NCBI RefSeq assembly: GCF_000002865.3
Contig: NW_001865083.1
Location: 142,852-206,851, forward strand
Reading direction: 5' to 3'
DNA from: Monosiga brevicollis MX1
Lineage: Eukaryota
Length of the DNA stretch: 64,000 bases
In this document: positions 22,119 through 42,202 of the stretch, piece after piece
Position numbering within the stretch: position 1 is the first letter of the stretch
Layout of the letters: the number at the start of each line of letters is the position of its first letter
The notes under the pieces: model-generated
Database searches by the model: none
What the model saw: only the letters and a program-made list of their open reading frames with translations
Told to the model about the DNA's origin: nothing
Translations under genes and position numbers: made by a program

Positions 22119-24237
22119 TTAGTCCTTCTTAACGGGCACCTTTGAAATGGTAGCACGCAAGCGTTCAAGAAGGAGGGCCTTCTTCTGTTCGTGCGTCATC
22201 TTGTCCTCGAGGTCAACAAAGTGCTCGGCGAGAACGTCCCATTGTTTGCTGAGAAGCCAGTGGAGCAGCTCGCCTTCCTCGCAGTCACGGAAGATGGTGG
22301 CCTTTGAAGCGGCATAGTTGGCTTTGTTGCGCTCGTAATGAGCCGGGTACTCGGTCCAATGGCAAGTGCTGACGTGATGAACGACCTGCACGGGACGCAA
22401 GGGGCAAGCGCAAACAGCCGAGATAGATGACAGACAAATGAGCCGAGAAAAAAAAAGAAAGAAAAAAAAAAAAAAAAAAAAAAAGAGGAGGCGGCAGAAG
22501 GAAGAAGCGTTTTTTTTAAGGCAAAAGCGCTTGGCTGTGAATGAGATCGTACGTGGTAGTCTTCATTCCAAATGTTATCCTTGCCGTTAAGGATGGTCAC
22601 TGAGTTGACATAGGCGTTGGAGGGATCTGCATTGGAAATTTTGAAAAGAAGAAGAAAAAAAAAAAAAAAAGAATAAAAAGCACGCAGGAGAGGGTAGCTT
22701 GATCGTGATAGTTGGGGTAGAAGAAGGGTGGGGGTTCAGAAAGTCAGGGACGGCAATGGAAGAGACAAGAGGACGCACCATTGGGATCCATCCAGGCATG
22801 CCAGAGGTAGGAAATCAGAGCTAAGGGGAGGAACAAGATATGGATGAGTAAGGATGGTGCAGGGTGGTGTGGGGAAAAGGGGAGGAGGAGGAGGGGCTTA
22901 CCAAAGAAGATGACGGATTCGATAAAGGGATACACGACATAGAAGAGGCCGAATTTCCAATCGAAGAAGAGGGAGGCGATCATGATGCCTTGGTGGACCA
23001 CAACGCCCGAGAGGGAGCGCCAGCCGAGCTCCACANNNNNNNNNNNNNNNNNNNNNNNNNNNNNNNNNNNNNNNNNNNNNNNNNNNNNNNNNNNNNNNNN
23101 NNNNNNNNNNNNNNNNNNNNNNNNNNNNNNNNNNNNNNNNNNNNNNNNNNNNNNNNNNNNNNNNNNNNNNNNNNNNNNNNNNNNNNNNNNNNNNNNNNNN
23201 NNNNNNNNNNNNNNNNNNNNNNNNNNNNNNNNNNNNNNNNNNNNNNNNNNNNNNNNNNNNNNNNNNNNNNNNNNNNNNNNNNNNNNNNNNNNNNNNNNNN
23301 NNNNNNNNNNNNNNNNNNNNNNNNNNNNNNNNNNNNNNNNNNNNNNNNNNNNNNNNNNNNNNNNNNNNNNNNNNNNNNNNNNNNNNNNNNNNNNNNNNNN
23401 NNNNNNNNNNNNNNNNNNNNNNNNNNNNNNNNNNNNNNNNNNNNNNNNNNNNNNNNNNNNNNNNNNNNNNNNNNNNNNNNNNNNNNNNNNNNNNNNNNNN
23501 NNNNNNNNNNNNNNNNNNNNNNNNNNNNNNNNNNNNNNNNNNNNNNNNNNNNNNNNNNNNNNNNNNNNNNNNNNNNNNNNNNNNNNNNNNNNNNNNNNNN
23601 NNNNNNNNNNNNNNNNNNNNNNNNNNNNNNNNNNNNNNNNNNNNNNNNNNNNNNNNNNNNNNNNNNNNNNNNNNNNNNNNNNNNNNNNNNNNNNNNNNNN
23701 NNNNNNNNNNNNNNNNNNNNNNNNNNNNNNNNNNNNNNNNNNNNNNNNNNNNNNNNNNNNNNNNNNNNNNNNNNNNNNNNNNNNNNNNNNNNNNNNNNNN
23801 NNNNNNNNNNNNNNNNNNNNNNNNNNNNNNNNNNNNNNNNNNNNNNNNNNNNNNNNNNNNNNNNNNNNNNNNNNNNNNNNNNNNNNNNNNNNNNNNNNNN
23901 NNNNNNNNNNNNNNNNNNNNNNNNNNNNNNNNNNNNNNNNNNNNNNNNNNNNNNNNNNNNNNNNNNNNNNNNNNNNNNNNNNNNNNNNNNNNNNNNNNNN
24001 NNNNNNNNNNNNNNNNNNNNNNNNNGGGCGCCGGGCGGATGACCTTGCCCTCTTCAAGCCGTTGGGGTGAACGCGAATGACGGCCCCGCGCGATCGGATA
24101 CCCTCGTGGTCATCATCCCACGTCTTGAGTTGACCGGTACCAACCGTCGGCGTGCTGCTCTCATCATTGGTAGCTGCTGCATTCGCCGTCGCGGCAGCGC
24201 CACGGTTCGTGGCTGCCATTTGCACGTTGGGTGCCAT
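22119..24237 (-). CDS. Membrane fatty-acid-desaturase-like protein (centre hidden by the gap at 23036-24025)
   Basis: Start MAPNVQMAAT; hydrophobic exon KFGLFYVVYPFIESVIFFG|ISYLWHAWMDP; His-box-like NIWNEDYH|VVHHVSTCHW. Earlier His boxes would lie in the gap. Confidence 0.6.
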
Positions 24238-25997
24238 TTTTTTTTTTTGACGCCCTCGTGTGTGTGTGTGTGTGTGTGTTTGAATGCCGACAGATTCTAT
24301 AGATAAAAAAAGCAAGATAGGGGGAGGCGGGTGAGTAAGTTGATGGAGACGGGGTGATGTGATGGAAAGAATGAATGCAGGTGAGGCGGAGACGGGGAGG
24401 AGAGGGCGCGGAGGGGGAGGGCGCGCACACCTCGTCGTCGGCGCCGGCGACAGGAAAAAGTGAGAGAGTGCGCGCGTGAGAGAGAATGAGAGAGAGAGGG
24501 AGCGGGTTGGGAAGCACCTTTTCAGAGAGAGCGGGAGGTGTTGACGTCTGAGGTAGAGAGATGTATTCCAGCGTGATGGGTTTACGGGTGCAAGTGTATG
24601 CAAAAGCAGAGATTGGGAGCGGGGATAGATAAATGTCAGAGAAACGTATCATGTCATCATGCTCAGCAGAGAGAGGAAGCCCTTGGAGCGACGTGTCAGA
24701 GATTGTGCCCCAGCAGACAAGTAGGGGGACAGTTGGCAGAGAGAGGGAGTGAACGGGTCAAGAACATCTGTTGAACACCTTTGGTTTTCCTTTAGTTTCA
24801 GAGAGTGCGCATGAACGAGGGCGTGATGGGGGGCATGATGCCAAAACGACTGACATGTGACTTTGAAACGAGAGAGAGGGAGAGACCGTGACGCGGTCAG
24901 GGGTCAGGGTCAGAGAGCCGTTGAGATAACGGAGCTGCATCAGGTTGAATACCTTTGAATTCACTTGGTGTTCAGAGAATGGGTGGAATTGGGATTGCGC
25001 GTTCAGAGGATCGAGTCGAGCTCGTGGGTGACGGGATGCAAGCGCGTGAGGGTGTGTTGCATGTGTCCACGCGTGGGATGACGCTACATGTGTGCTGAAA
25101 ACGGTTCCTTCCCTTCTCTGATGTTTACCCGACCATGGTCTGTTTCTCTGGATTTCAGAGGGAATTCGGAATAATCTCTGGTTTAGCCTTTGATAACAGC
25201 TTGTATGAATACAAGGTTTGATACTTTTCTCTGGGATACGTTGATGCTTCAGTTATATCTCTGGAAGAGGCGTGACGGTTTTGTCGAATCTCTACTCGAA
25301 GTTCTGCGGAAGACTCATCAACGAAACGGCAGCGCGTATCATGTGATTTTTAAAGTGCGCGCTGCCGTGCGTGCCTTGGCAGCCGTGTACCGCCACGAGA
25401 AAGCCCCGCACACCAGCCCGGCTCATATGCCAGCTGGTCAATTCAAGCGTGTGTGTGTGTGTGTGTACCGCAGAATAATCACACCATCTGTGCAGTCTGC
25501 GTATGTCTAAGGAACGGACACACGTGTGTGTGTGTGGGGTGATATGGGCATGTCATGTGTTTGTTTTTTTTCCGTTTGTTTAAAAGGGCGGCGGTCACCG
25601 ACACGACGGCGACGACGGCAGTGGTGGTGGTACATGTAGTGGTCGTGAGCGGGTGTAAGCGCGCCCTTGTCACGTCTTTTGCACATGTGCTTACATGGAT
25701 CTGGCGTCGACTTGACCGTGTTGTATGTGTGTGTGTGGGCGATTGCAAATCATCAGGTTGTGACGAGTCACTGCACGACCTTGCTATGGATCCTTCCCAG
25801 GAAGAGAGGGAATGGTGGCGTTTGCCAAGTCAGGTGGTGGTGGTGGTGGTGGCACAGGGTCAGGTGGTGTACAGCTGCTCTCGCGCGCGTGTGTGCACGT
25901 TGCGCATCTTATGCCCCCCCATGCCCCCACCATGGCTGCCTTGATGACCCAGTCCCTCTTGGGTGTGGTGGTCAGCCAACTCGGAGAATCTTCAAGT

Positions 25998-26440
<443 letters not shown>

Positions 26441-26887
26441 ATGATGTAAGTTTTTTTCTTAAAAGAAAAGAGATCACGCGACTTTGCTTGCTATGGGGAG
26501 AGACGAGCGTGCATCTTTGACACGCAGCTGCGCGACGGTCCTGTGGGGCGGACGCGATCATGATACATCAACCATTCTTGGTACAACAATGGAAGTTGGC
26601 TGGAAAGACCCTGACGCCTCGACCATCTCATCTGCCACAACCCCCCCACCTGCCGACCCCCTTTCAAACATTCGCCTTCTGAACCCTTGCAAAGGCATTC
26701 GCTTGTCTGTCTGCCCCTCTGGTGGTTGCTTGAAGATGGCACTGTGGCGCAGTGAGACGCATGTCAAGGCGCAGTGCTATGGAGCGCGCAATGTGTCGCG
26801 CCAGGCGGCAAAAGTTGATTAACATAAAATGGTCAATTGGCCTCAGGGACCAGGTGATCGATTAGCTAGCCTTGATTCATAATACCA

Positions 26888-34567
<7,680 letters not shown>

Positions 34568-35411
34568 GGCCAAGCAAGGCCCATGCCCCAGCACTGCCGC
34601 CTCGCCTACGATCGGGCCCAGTCTCCTTGAAGCCGCCATGATCGCCGTCGTGATCGTCACCGCACGCCGCCCCCAAATCAACGCGGCACGAACAGAGGCC
34701 AACGCCCCTTTCTCGGTGCGTTTTCACAATCAGCACTGGAGCGCAAGCCTTGTTTGCAGTTGTGGGTACGGCTGCAGTCCCACGCACACTGATCGTCGTG
34801 TAAGCTGACGCCAAGGAAGACGAATCACAGGCGGCGTCGGCGTCCAGATCTGGAAATTGCTCACTGATCGATCGGATTCCCTTTTTTTTTTTGCATTCGT
34901 CGCAGAATTAAAAAAATGAGATCGTGACGGTTCGGTGTGTAAAGGTTTACTAAAGATTCTTTTACATGTGGTAAAACTGGATCATATTTTTTTTTTTTCC
35001 TACAGTTCACCTGTAATGTTTCTGTGAAAATTGAAATTCCTGCAAAAACAAATTGACTGAACTGTTTCATGTTCTGTGGAATGGCATCCGGGAAATCGAA
35101 TTTTTCGCAGAGTACTATTCAGATCAAATACTCGGTTGATGCTGCGTGCACTCAACTTTTCATTGCGCGTCGAATGGTATGAAGTTTGTTGCTATTTTGG
35201 CAGACATTCACGTGCTACGATTGTGCACCTGGCTTTGCCTACGCACCAGGCATGGGTGTCTTTTGAAGCCAGAGACCGGGACGCCGCAAAGTGTGGTCGC
35301 TCCTGCCATGCAGTGCAGTGTGCCTCAAGCATCAATCGGGATACGAAGAGATTTTTTTCTATGTCGATTGGTGCGGCGACCAAGTGGGCCGCTGGCATCG
35401 GTCAAAAGAGA

Positions 35412-36686
35412 CTACAGGTTTAGCAGTGCTTGCCCCATCTGATTGCGGTACCACACAATCTTGTCGCCGTAGTGGCTGGCGCCGAGGACGTCAATATGGC
35501 CGTCGTTGTCCAAGTCTGCCGCATGCACCGCGATCGCACCATCATCATCCGTGGCGATGACAATCTGTGTGGAAAAGGTACCGTCACCCTTGTTGCAATA
35601 CCAGGCAATCTTGTTGTCACTGCTGCTGGCGCTCAAGACGTCGAGATCGCCGTCCTTGTCCAGGTCCGCTGCAAACACCGAGTAGGCTCCAGCAGCCTCT
35701 GTGGTAATGACAATCTGAGATGAAAAGGTGCCAATGCCATTGTTGCGGTACCACGCAATCTTGTCGTCATCGTAACTGGCGCTGAGTACGTCAAGGTTGC
35801 CGTCATTGTCGAGGTCCGCCGCATGTACCGAGGTCGCACCAACGGCATTTGTGGTGATGTTACTTTGGGTGGAAAAGGTACCATTGCCATCGTTGCGGTA
35901 CCAAGTAATCTCGTTGTCACGATAGTTGGCGCTCAGGACGTCGACGTGGCCGTCGTTGTCAAGGTCCGCTGCGTACACCGAGCGCGCACCATCAGCTCTT
36001 CCAGAGATGATGATTTGGTTGGAAAAGTTGCCAACACCATTGTTACGGTACCACGCAATCTTGTTGTCATCGGGGCTGGCACTCAAGACGTCGATGTCAC
36101 CGTCATCATCTAGATCGGCCGCGTACACCGAACGCACAGCATCGGCGTTCGTGGTGATGATGATTTGAGTGGAAAAGGTGCCGTCGCCATTGTTGCGGTA
36201 CCACGCAATCTTATTGTCGTTGGAACTGGCGCTCAGGACATCAGCATAACCGTCCTTGTCCAGGTCCGCTGCATACACCGAGCGTGCTTCATCCACTTCC
36301 GTGCTGATGTCAATCTGTGCAGAAAAGGTGCCATCGCCATTGTTGCGGTGCCATTCAACTCTGTCGTTGTGGCGGCTAACGCTGAGGACGTCGAGGGCGC
36401 CATCATTGTCTAGGTCGACCGCATACACCGACATCGCGCCATTGGCGTTCGTGGAGAGAACATGCGCCTCCAATGGTGCCATCACACGCCGCGGGTTCAA
36501 GTCCACGGCCATCGACGTTAACACGGCCAACACATCCACACCGTTGATAACCACGTGATTGGTCGAATTGATGAACAGCGTGCCATCTGCATCAGTGGTA
36601 ATCGTCGGCTCATCCTCACTGGCAGCCACGATCCAGATCACCAGGGCACTGCTCACCCACACCCAAAACGACTCCGTCTGTATCAT
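35412..36686 (-). CDS. Secreted FG-GAP/VCBS 7-repeat beta-propeller protein, intronless
   Basis: 424-aa ORF with a hydrophobic N-terminus, EPTITTDADGTLFINSTNHVVINGVDVL, and seven SVxAADLDxDGxxDVLSASxxDxKIAWYRN repeats. Confidence 0.9.
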   Translation of the reverse strand: MIQTESFWVWVSSALVIWIVAASEDEPTITTDADGTLFINSTNHVVINGVDVLAVLTSMAVDLNPRRVMAPLEAHVLSTNANGAMSVYAVDLDNDGALDVLSVSRHNDRVEWHRNNGDGTFSAQIDISTEVDEARSVYAADLDKDGYADVLSASSNDNKIAWYRNNGDGTFSTQIIITTNADAVRSVYAADLDDDGDIDVLSASPDDNKIAWYRNNGVGNFSNQIIISGRADGARSVYAADLDNDGHVDVLSANYRDNEITWYRNDGNGTFSTQSNITTNAVGATSVHAADLDNDGNLDVLSASYDDDKIAWYRNNGIGTFSSQIVITTEAAGAYSVFAADLDKDGDLDVLSASSSDNKIAWYCNKGDGTFSTQIVIATDDDGAIAVHAADLDNDGHIDVLGASHYGDKIVWYRNQMGQALLNL

Positions 36687-37159
36687 GATGTCTCGGTTTG
36701 CATCGAGAGTACTGAAAAAAAAAGTAAAAAACTTTGGGTACGAAACGAAAAGTGGAACTGCTGTTGTGAACTTTTTTTGTTTTGCTATGGCAAGTCGCTA
36801 TGGTTGTTGGACCCCAGGCATCGGCTGCGGCGCTTGTCTCCTTCATGTCCCCCCCCGCTCCAGTCTCCAGTCACCGCTGGATCAAAACCCTAACACTTCC
36901 AACCCTCAACGGAATAGAGCTGGGAGGAAAGAGGCGTGGCGACTTGCTCGTTGTAGTTGTGGTTGTCGCCAATCGGACAAACTTGACCTGGTGTGAGCTG
37001 TTTGCCGTGCGCCGTGGGGGGAATTTTTAAAGTCGGAGACAAGGGTTTTGGCCAATTCCAACCCCGCATTCTGAGTCTATCCATGCTGGCCGGCAAGTAT
37101 AATGAAATATTGATCCAATTTGACAAATCTGGTGCGTAACTGACGTTGATCCGAGCAGG

Positions 37160-38447
37160 TTACAAGTTTGATAGGATTTGCCCCATCTGATTGCGGTACC
37201 ATGCAATCTTATCATCTGCTTCACTGGCGCTGAGGACGTCCATATGGCCGTCGTTGTCCAAATCTGCTGCATATACCGAGTGGGCCCCATTGGCTCCCGT
37301 GGTGATGCCAATCTGCATAGAGAAAGTCCCGTCGCCGTTGTTGCAATACCACGCAATCTTGTCGTCGCGGTAGCTGGCACTAAGCACGTCGAGGTCGCCA
37401 TCGTTGTCCAGGTCCGCCGCATACACCGAATGCACCCAGTCGGCGTCTGTGGTCATGATGATCTGCGTGGAAAAGGTGCTATTGCCCTGGTTGCGGTACC
37501 ATGCAATTTTGTCATCATCTGCGCTGGCACTGAGAACGTCCAGATGACCATCGTTGTCCAGGTCTGCCGCAAACACCGAGCGCGCACCTTTCGCATCCGT
37601 ACTTATGATGTTTTGTGCAGAAAACGCGCCGTTGCCATTGTTGCGATACCACGCAATCTTGTCGTCGTGGACACTGGCGCTGAGAACATCGACATGACCG
37701 TCGTTGTCAAGGTCCGCCGCATGCACGGAGAAAGCGCCCTTGGCGTCTGAGGTGATGATAATCTGTGAAGAAAAGGTGCCATCGCCATTGTTGCGGTACC
37801 ATGCAACCTTGTCGTCCCCCAGGCTGGCACTCAAGATGTCGATGTCACCGTCATTATCTAGATCAGCCGCGTACACGGATCGCGCCACATCGGCGTTTGT
37901 GGTGATGATGATTTGAGTGGAGAAGGTGCCGCGCCATTGTTGCGGTACCACGCAATCTTGTCGTCTTTGGAGCTGGCACTCAGGACGTCGAGGTCGCCAT
38001 CATTGTCCAGGTCCGCTGCATATACCTCGCGCGCTTCATCGGCGTTTGTGCTGATGTTAATCTGTGCAGAAAAGGTGCCATTGCCATTGTTTCGGTACCA
38101 TGCAATCTTGTCGTCAACACCACTGGCGCTGAGGACGTCGACATGACCATCGTTGTCTAGGTCGGCCGCATACACCGAGAGCGCGCCCTTGACGTCTATG
38201 GAGATCTTGTGACTCTCGAGAGGATGCATGATGCGCTGTGGCTTCAAACTAGCGACCACCGCCTGTAGCACGGCTGCACATCCACGCCGTTGACGACGAT
38301 ATTCGCACCATTGATGGCCACTTGATTGCTGGCATTGATCGAGAACGTCCCATCTGCATGTGCAGCAATTGTCGGCTTGCGGACATCGGCCGCCATGGCC
38401 CAGGCCACCAGGCCACTGACCACCACCATCACCCAGAGCCTCACCAT
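37160..38447 (-). pseudogene. Third FG-GAP paralogue with two apparent single-base frameshifts (pseudogene or sequencing errors)
   Basis: MVRLWVMVVVSGLVAWAMAA-DVRKPTIAAHADGTF. The frame breaks at ~38275 (VDV-QPC instead of VDVLAVL) and ~37932 (NNG-AAP instead of NNGDGTF). Seven repeats in total. Confidence 0.72.
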
Positions 38448-38993
38448 GGCGTCGTTTTTCTCTTGACGAGCGCAGTCCAAATTGACATCCGATGTGAAAA
38501 TGAAATTGACGTGTGAGTCCGACACTGTGACTTTTTCTCACACTTTTCAAGGTAAAACTTCTTCTGCTCCATAGCAGAGTGTGCCAGAGCACGTTTGAAA
38601 GGAGACGAGGGTGTGCTGGGCATGGTTAGCATGCCCCCCCCCCTGCCCACGCCAAGCGCCTCGACTCAATGTGACAGAACGTAGCGTGCTCCATTTGGCT
38701 CGACAGTTGTGCACCGCAGTCTGTGTGACTCCTTTGATGCCCTTGCTATGATTTTTGAAGAGAACCTTGGGGCTGATAATGGGAGAAGAACAACTGTGCA
38801 GGTGAGTAGGTGGGCGAAGAAAAAAAATTAAAGCACAACTTCTGGGTTGGATCGAATTTGAAGCATCGCCTGCACCCTGTTGACCAGCCTGTTGATGATC
38901 AGGTGTCACGCCTGCCTCCCAGGCCTCGCCCAGCTGGTTTACAATCATTTTATCTTCTCCACGTGTGCAACTCTCATGCTCAATATGACATTG

Positions 38994-40670
38994 TTACCAA
39001 GGTTTTTCGTCCGAGTCCGAGTCAAAGTCTTCAATCTTGCCAAACGGATCAAAGGGCCGTCGCTGCTCGGGGTCGCGCAGCAAGAGGCCACATCGACTTG
39101 CAGCCAGCAGCAGGGCCATGAAATCCGATGCCACATTGGATTGCATGCTCCATGAATGGTTACTCAGGCTCAAAGGCGGGCCGCACATGGACTTCAACGT
39201 CGCGAGGGATGAAGCACACCATTGTTCTGGTAGCAGACGGTGTAGGTTAGAGTGCAATTGACCAGCAAAGCCAATGCCGATCAGTGGGTCCTTGATGTAC
39301 GGCGACATGAGAAAGTGTGAAATATTAGATGTCGTGCTTGCCGTCACCAAGTTTTCCAAGCCACCCTGCGCAATCTGGGATGTGACGGCCAGGGCATAGC
39401 AGCCGAGAAGAAGGTTGGCCATGCGGCTCTTGTCGCATGCCATGCCATTGGGGTGTTCTAGAAAGCAACAGGTAAAGTCCTTTTCCGTGGGGAACAGTTT
39501 GGATGTCACGTCCCCAAATTCAAACCCGTAGACGCTGTTGCCCGAGGCCTCGACCATGCCGCCGCCCACCACTTCAAAATCGTCGCCCGTCTGCGTGCAA
39601 TTGGCATGCTGGCCCACGCAGGCGCGGGCCAGGCATTCCACCGTGCACCATCCGCGCTGCAGGTAGGTATCACGCGACAGCCGCGTCTGCCCCGTAGCAG
39701 CCCGGCGCGCCTCGAAATGATCTTCCACGTCTGGCGTCACGGCCACAAAGTCGTCCGCTTGCCGCACGTATGCGCACAGACTGTCAATGGCCTTTTGCTG
39801 TTCGGCTCGTGCCTCACTGGTGTCGGCCTGTGGAAAGCAGCAATAATCCACCCAAATCAGCACCTTCCGCTGCTTGACGCGTTTTTTTCGCTGCTCGCAA
39901 GAGGCCTGGACAGCCCGCTTCATGATGGCGAGCTGCGAGCCGTCCACATCTGGGTGCGTGCCTCCGGTCCATTGGTGGGAGAGGAAGATGAGGTAGTGTT
40001 TTTTGCGGTCCTCGGGCGTCATGTCGCTGATGTTAATGAGCTGGTCTTGCATCTCCTCATAAGCAGAAAGCTTGTCCAGGCCCATAAAGGTATCTGTTGT
40101 CAGGGCCAGGAGCGGGAATTTGGCGACGAGAATGTCGTCCCGCAACCGGACTAGGCCATCATAGTAGCGTTGCAACATGGTGTATTTTTCCAGCGGGTAT
40201 TGTTTCGGATCGGGCTTGGGCGCGGCAAAAAAGGAATCCGTCTCGCTTTTTTGATTCTACAGCAGAGGGAGAGAGAGGAGGAGGGCGCAGGGAATGGGAG
40301 CAAGGAATGAGAGTGGGGGATGTAAGCGCAAGGTCTACATGTGGGTTGTCCTATTCAGCAGCGCTATCTGGCCGTGGAGGCAGCGGCGAGGCAGAAGCGG
40401 GGCATTGGGTGGTGGACAGACCTTGGTGAGCGCTTTCCAAAAGGCGTTGCATTGTGCTACGCGAGCTTCCTCGGATGCGGGCAAGGGCACGACAGCTTGC
40501 TTGTTTGCTCGAGCCAGTTTTGCAGCGGCCGAGCCTTTGGCTGCAGCATCCCGCTCCTTTGCGCCGAGTTTGGTGTTTGTGACCTGAGCTATGGTAGTGG
40601 GCGTGGCGTCATCTTGAGGATCCTCACCCCTGACATCCGCATTGCGAGCCGAGCTGCATTGGGCACCCAT
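38994..40670 (-). CDS. HET-like (heterokaryon-incompatibility, TIR-related) domain protein with an N-terminal myristoylation motif
   Basis: Exon 1 MGAQCSS...FWKALTK (40670-40422) and GT-AG intron 40421-40257 join in frame to NQKSET...MLQRYY. Motifs IFLSHQW..HPD...Q, IWVDYCCFPQ, AIDSLCAYV and YLQRGWCTVE. Confidence 0.72.
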
Positions 40671-41099
40671 GTTTGCCGAGCCTAATTCAAGCAACGCGCC
40701 AGTGAAGCGTGAGCCCAAACACGTGGTGGGGGGGGGGCATCAGATTGCCAATCCATCGATCAAGGTGGCGGTGATTTGCTCAAGCCAAGCGCAGAGCAAC
40801 GACAGGAGCGAGTCGCTGAAGGCGGCCACGAGCACGGGCAGCCGGAGCAAGTATTCGCACACAAGAAGAGCTGTACAGCTATATCGAGAAAGAAGATGCA
40901 CAGGGCATCCACACACAAGCGGTATCGGGGCAGTTCATGGACGGGGTACAGGCACACAAGGACCCGTACAAGGCCAGAGCACAACCAGGAGGAGGTCGAG
41001 AACAAATTATGATATGACAACAGGGCAGTGCCCTGGCACCTGTCGAGGCCGGCCGGACCCAGCACAAGGTCGAGTACCAGCCATGCCAACAAGGCAAGA

Positions 41100-41345
41100 C
41101 CGGGAAAGAGGAGGAGAGGAGAAGGAGGAAGAGGGGAGAGAGAGGGAGAGGGGAGGGAGAGGGAAGAAGGAGGATGGGGAGGAGAAGGAGGAGGAGGAGG
41201 AGAGAGGAGGGAGAGGGAAGAAGGAGGATGGGGAGGAGAAGGAGGAGGAGGAGGAGGAGAGGGGAGGCGTCAGGGATCACAGGCAGCAGGAGATCGGGGC
41301 GTACACGTCTTTCAAGCACAAGAGAGATGGCCTGGTAGACTTTGT

Positions 41346-41381
<36 letters not shown>

Positions 41382-41747
41382 AGAGAGAGAGCTTGAAAGA
41401 GAGAGCTTGAGAGAGAGAGCTTGAGAGAGAGAGCTTGAGAGAGCTTGAGAGAGAGCTTGAGAGAGAGAGCTTGAGAGAGAGAGCTTGAGAGAGAGAGCTT
41501 GAGAGAGCTTGAGAGAGCTTGAGAGAGCTTGAGAGAGAGAGAGAGAGCTTGTAGAGGAGAGAGTTTTGAGAGAGCTTGAGAGAGTCGAGTGAGCGCTTGA
41601 GAGTTTAAAGCTTCGTTTCCAGGATACTAGGACGTCCTAAAAATAGCCAACGTGGCGGGGTTTCTGGGGGGGCCGATGTCAGCAAAAATGCCGAGAATGT
41701 GTTTATAACAGCAGTTGTTGACGAATGGTGCTGCCGACAACCCAGAG

Positions 41748-41830
<83 letters not shown>
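41100..41830. repeat. Purine-rich low-complexity block with GAGAGAGCTT and (GA)n satellites
   Basis: Directly visible. Confidence 0.9.
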
Positions 41831-41832
<2 letters not shown>

Positions 41833-42202
41833 CGCAAACGAGCGGACGGTCGGAACGGCAGCGCCGGCGCGGAAAAATAACCCTGGCAGGGGGGCTGTGT
41901 GGCTTGTACAGAGGATCATCAACAAGGAGAGATAGAGCAGGGAGGGAGAATGGGGGTTGGAGAGCGTGAGCAAGGGTGGGAACAAGCGTGCAGGTGTTTG
42001 AGGGCGCGGGCGCGGTCTGAAGCTCCAGGCGTGAGCAAGATCGGGAGCGTCAGTGTGTTGAGCTGGCAGCTACCTGTTGGGGGTGGATGCGTGTCGGATC
42101 GCGCGCCTTCTCGCGCCACTTTTGCTGGTCTGGATGTGGGCTCACGCACGCTTTTCTCTCACTGTGCACTCGCGCCGGGCAGGGGCGTGCTGAACCGTCG
42201 TG

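Noticed and set aside
22744..24603. Long ORFs crossing N-gaps (also 3268-4759, 45767-46070, 47923-49074)
   Set aside because: Their length is an artefact of N runs; only the flanking exons were used.
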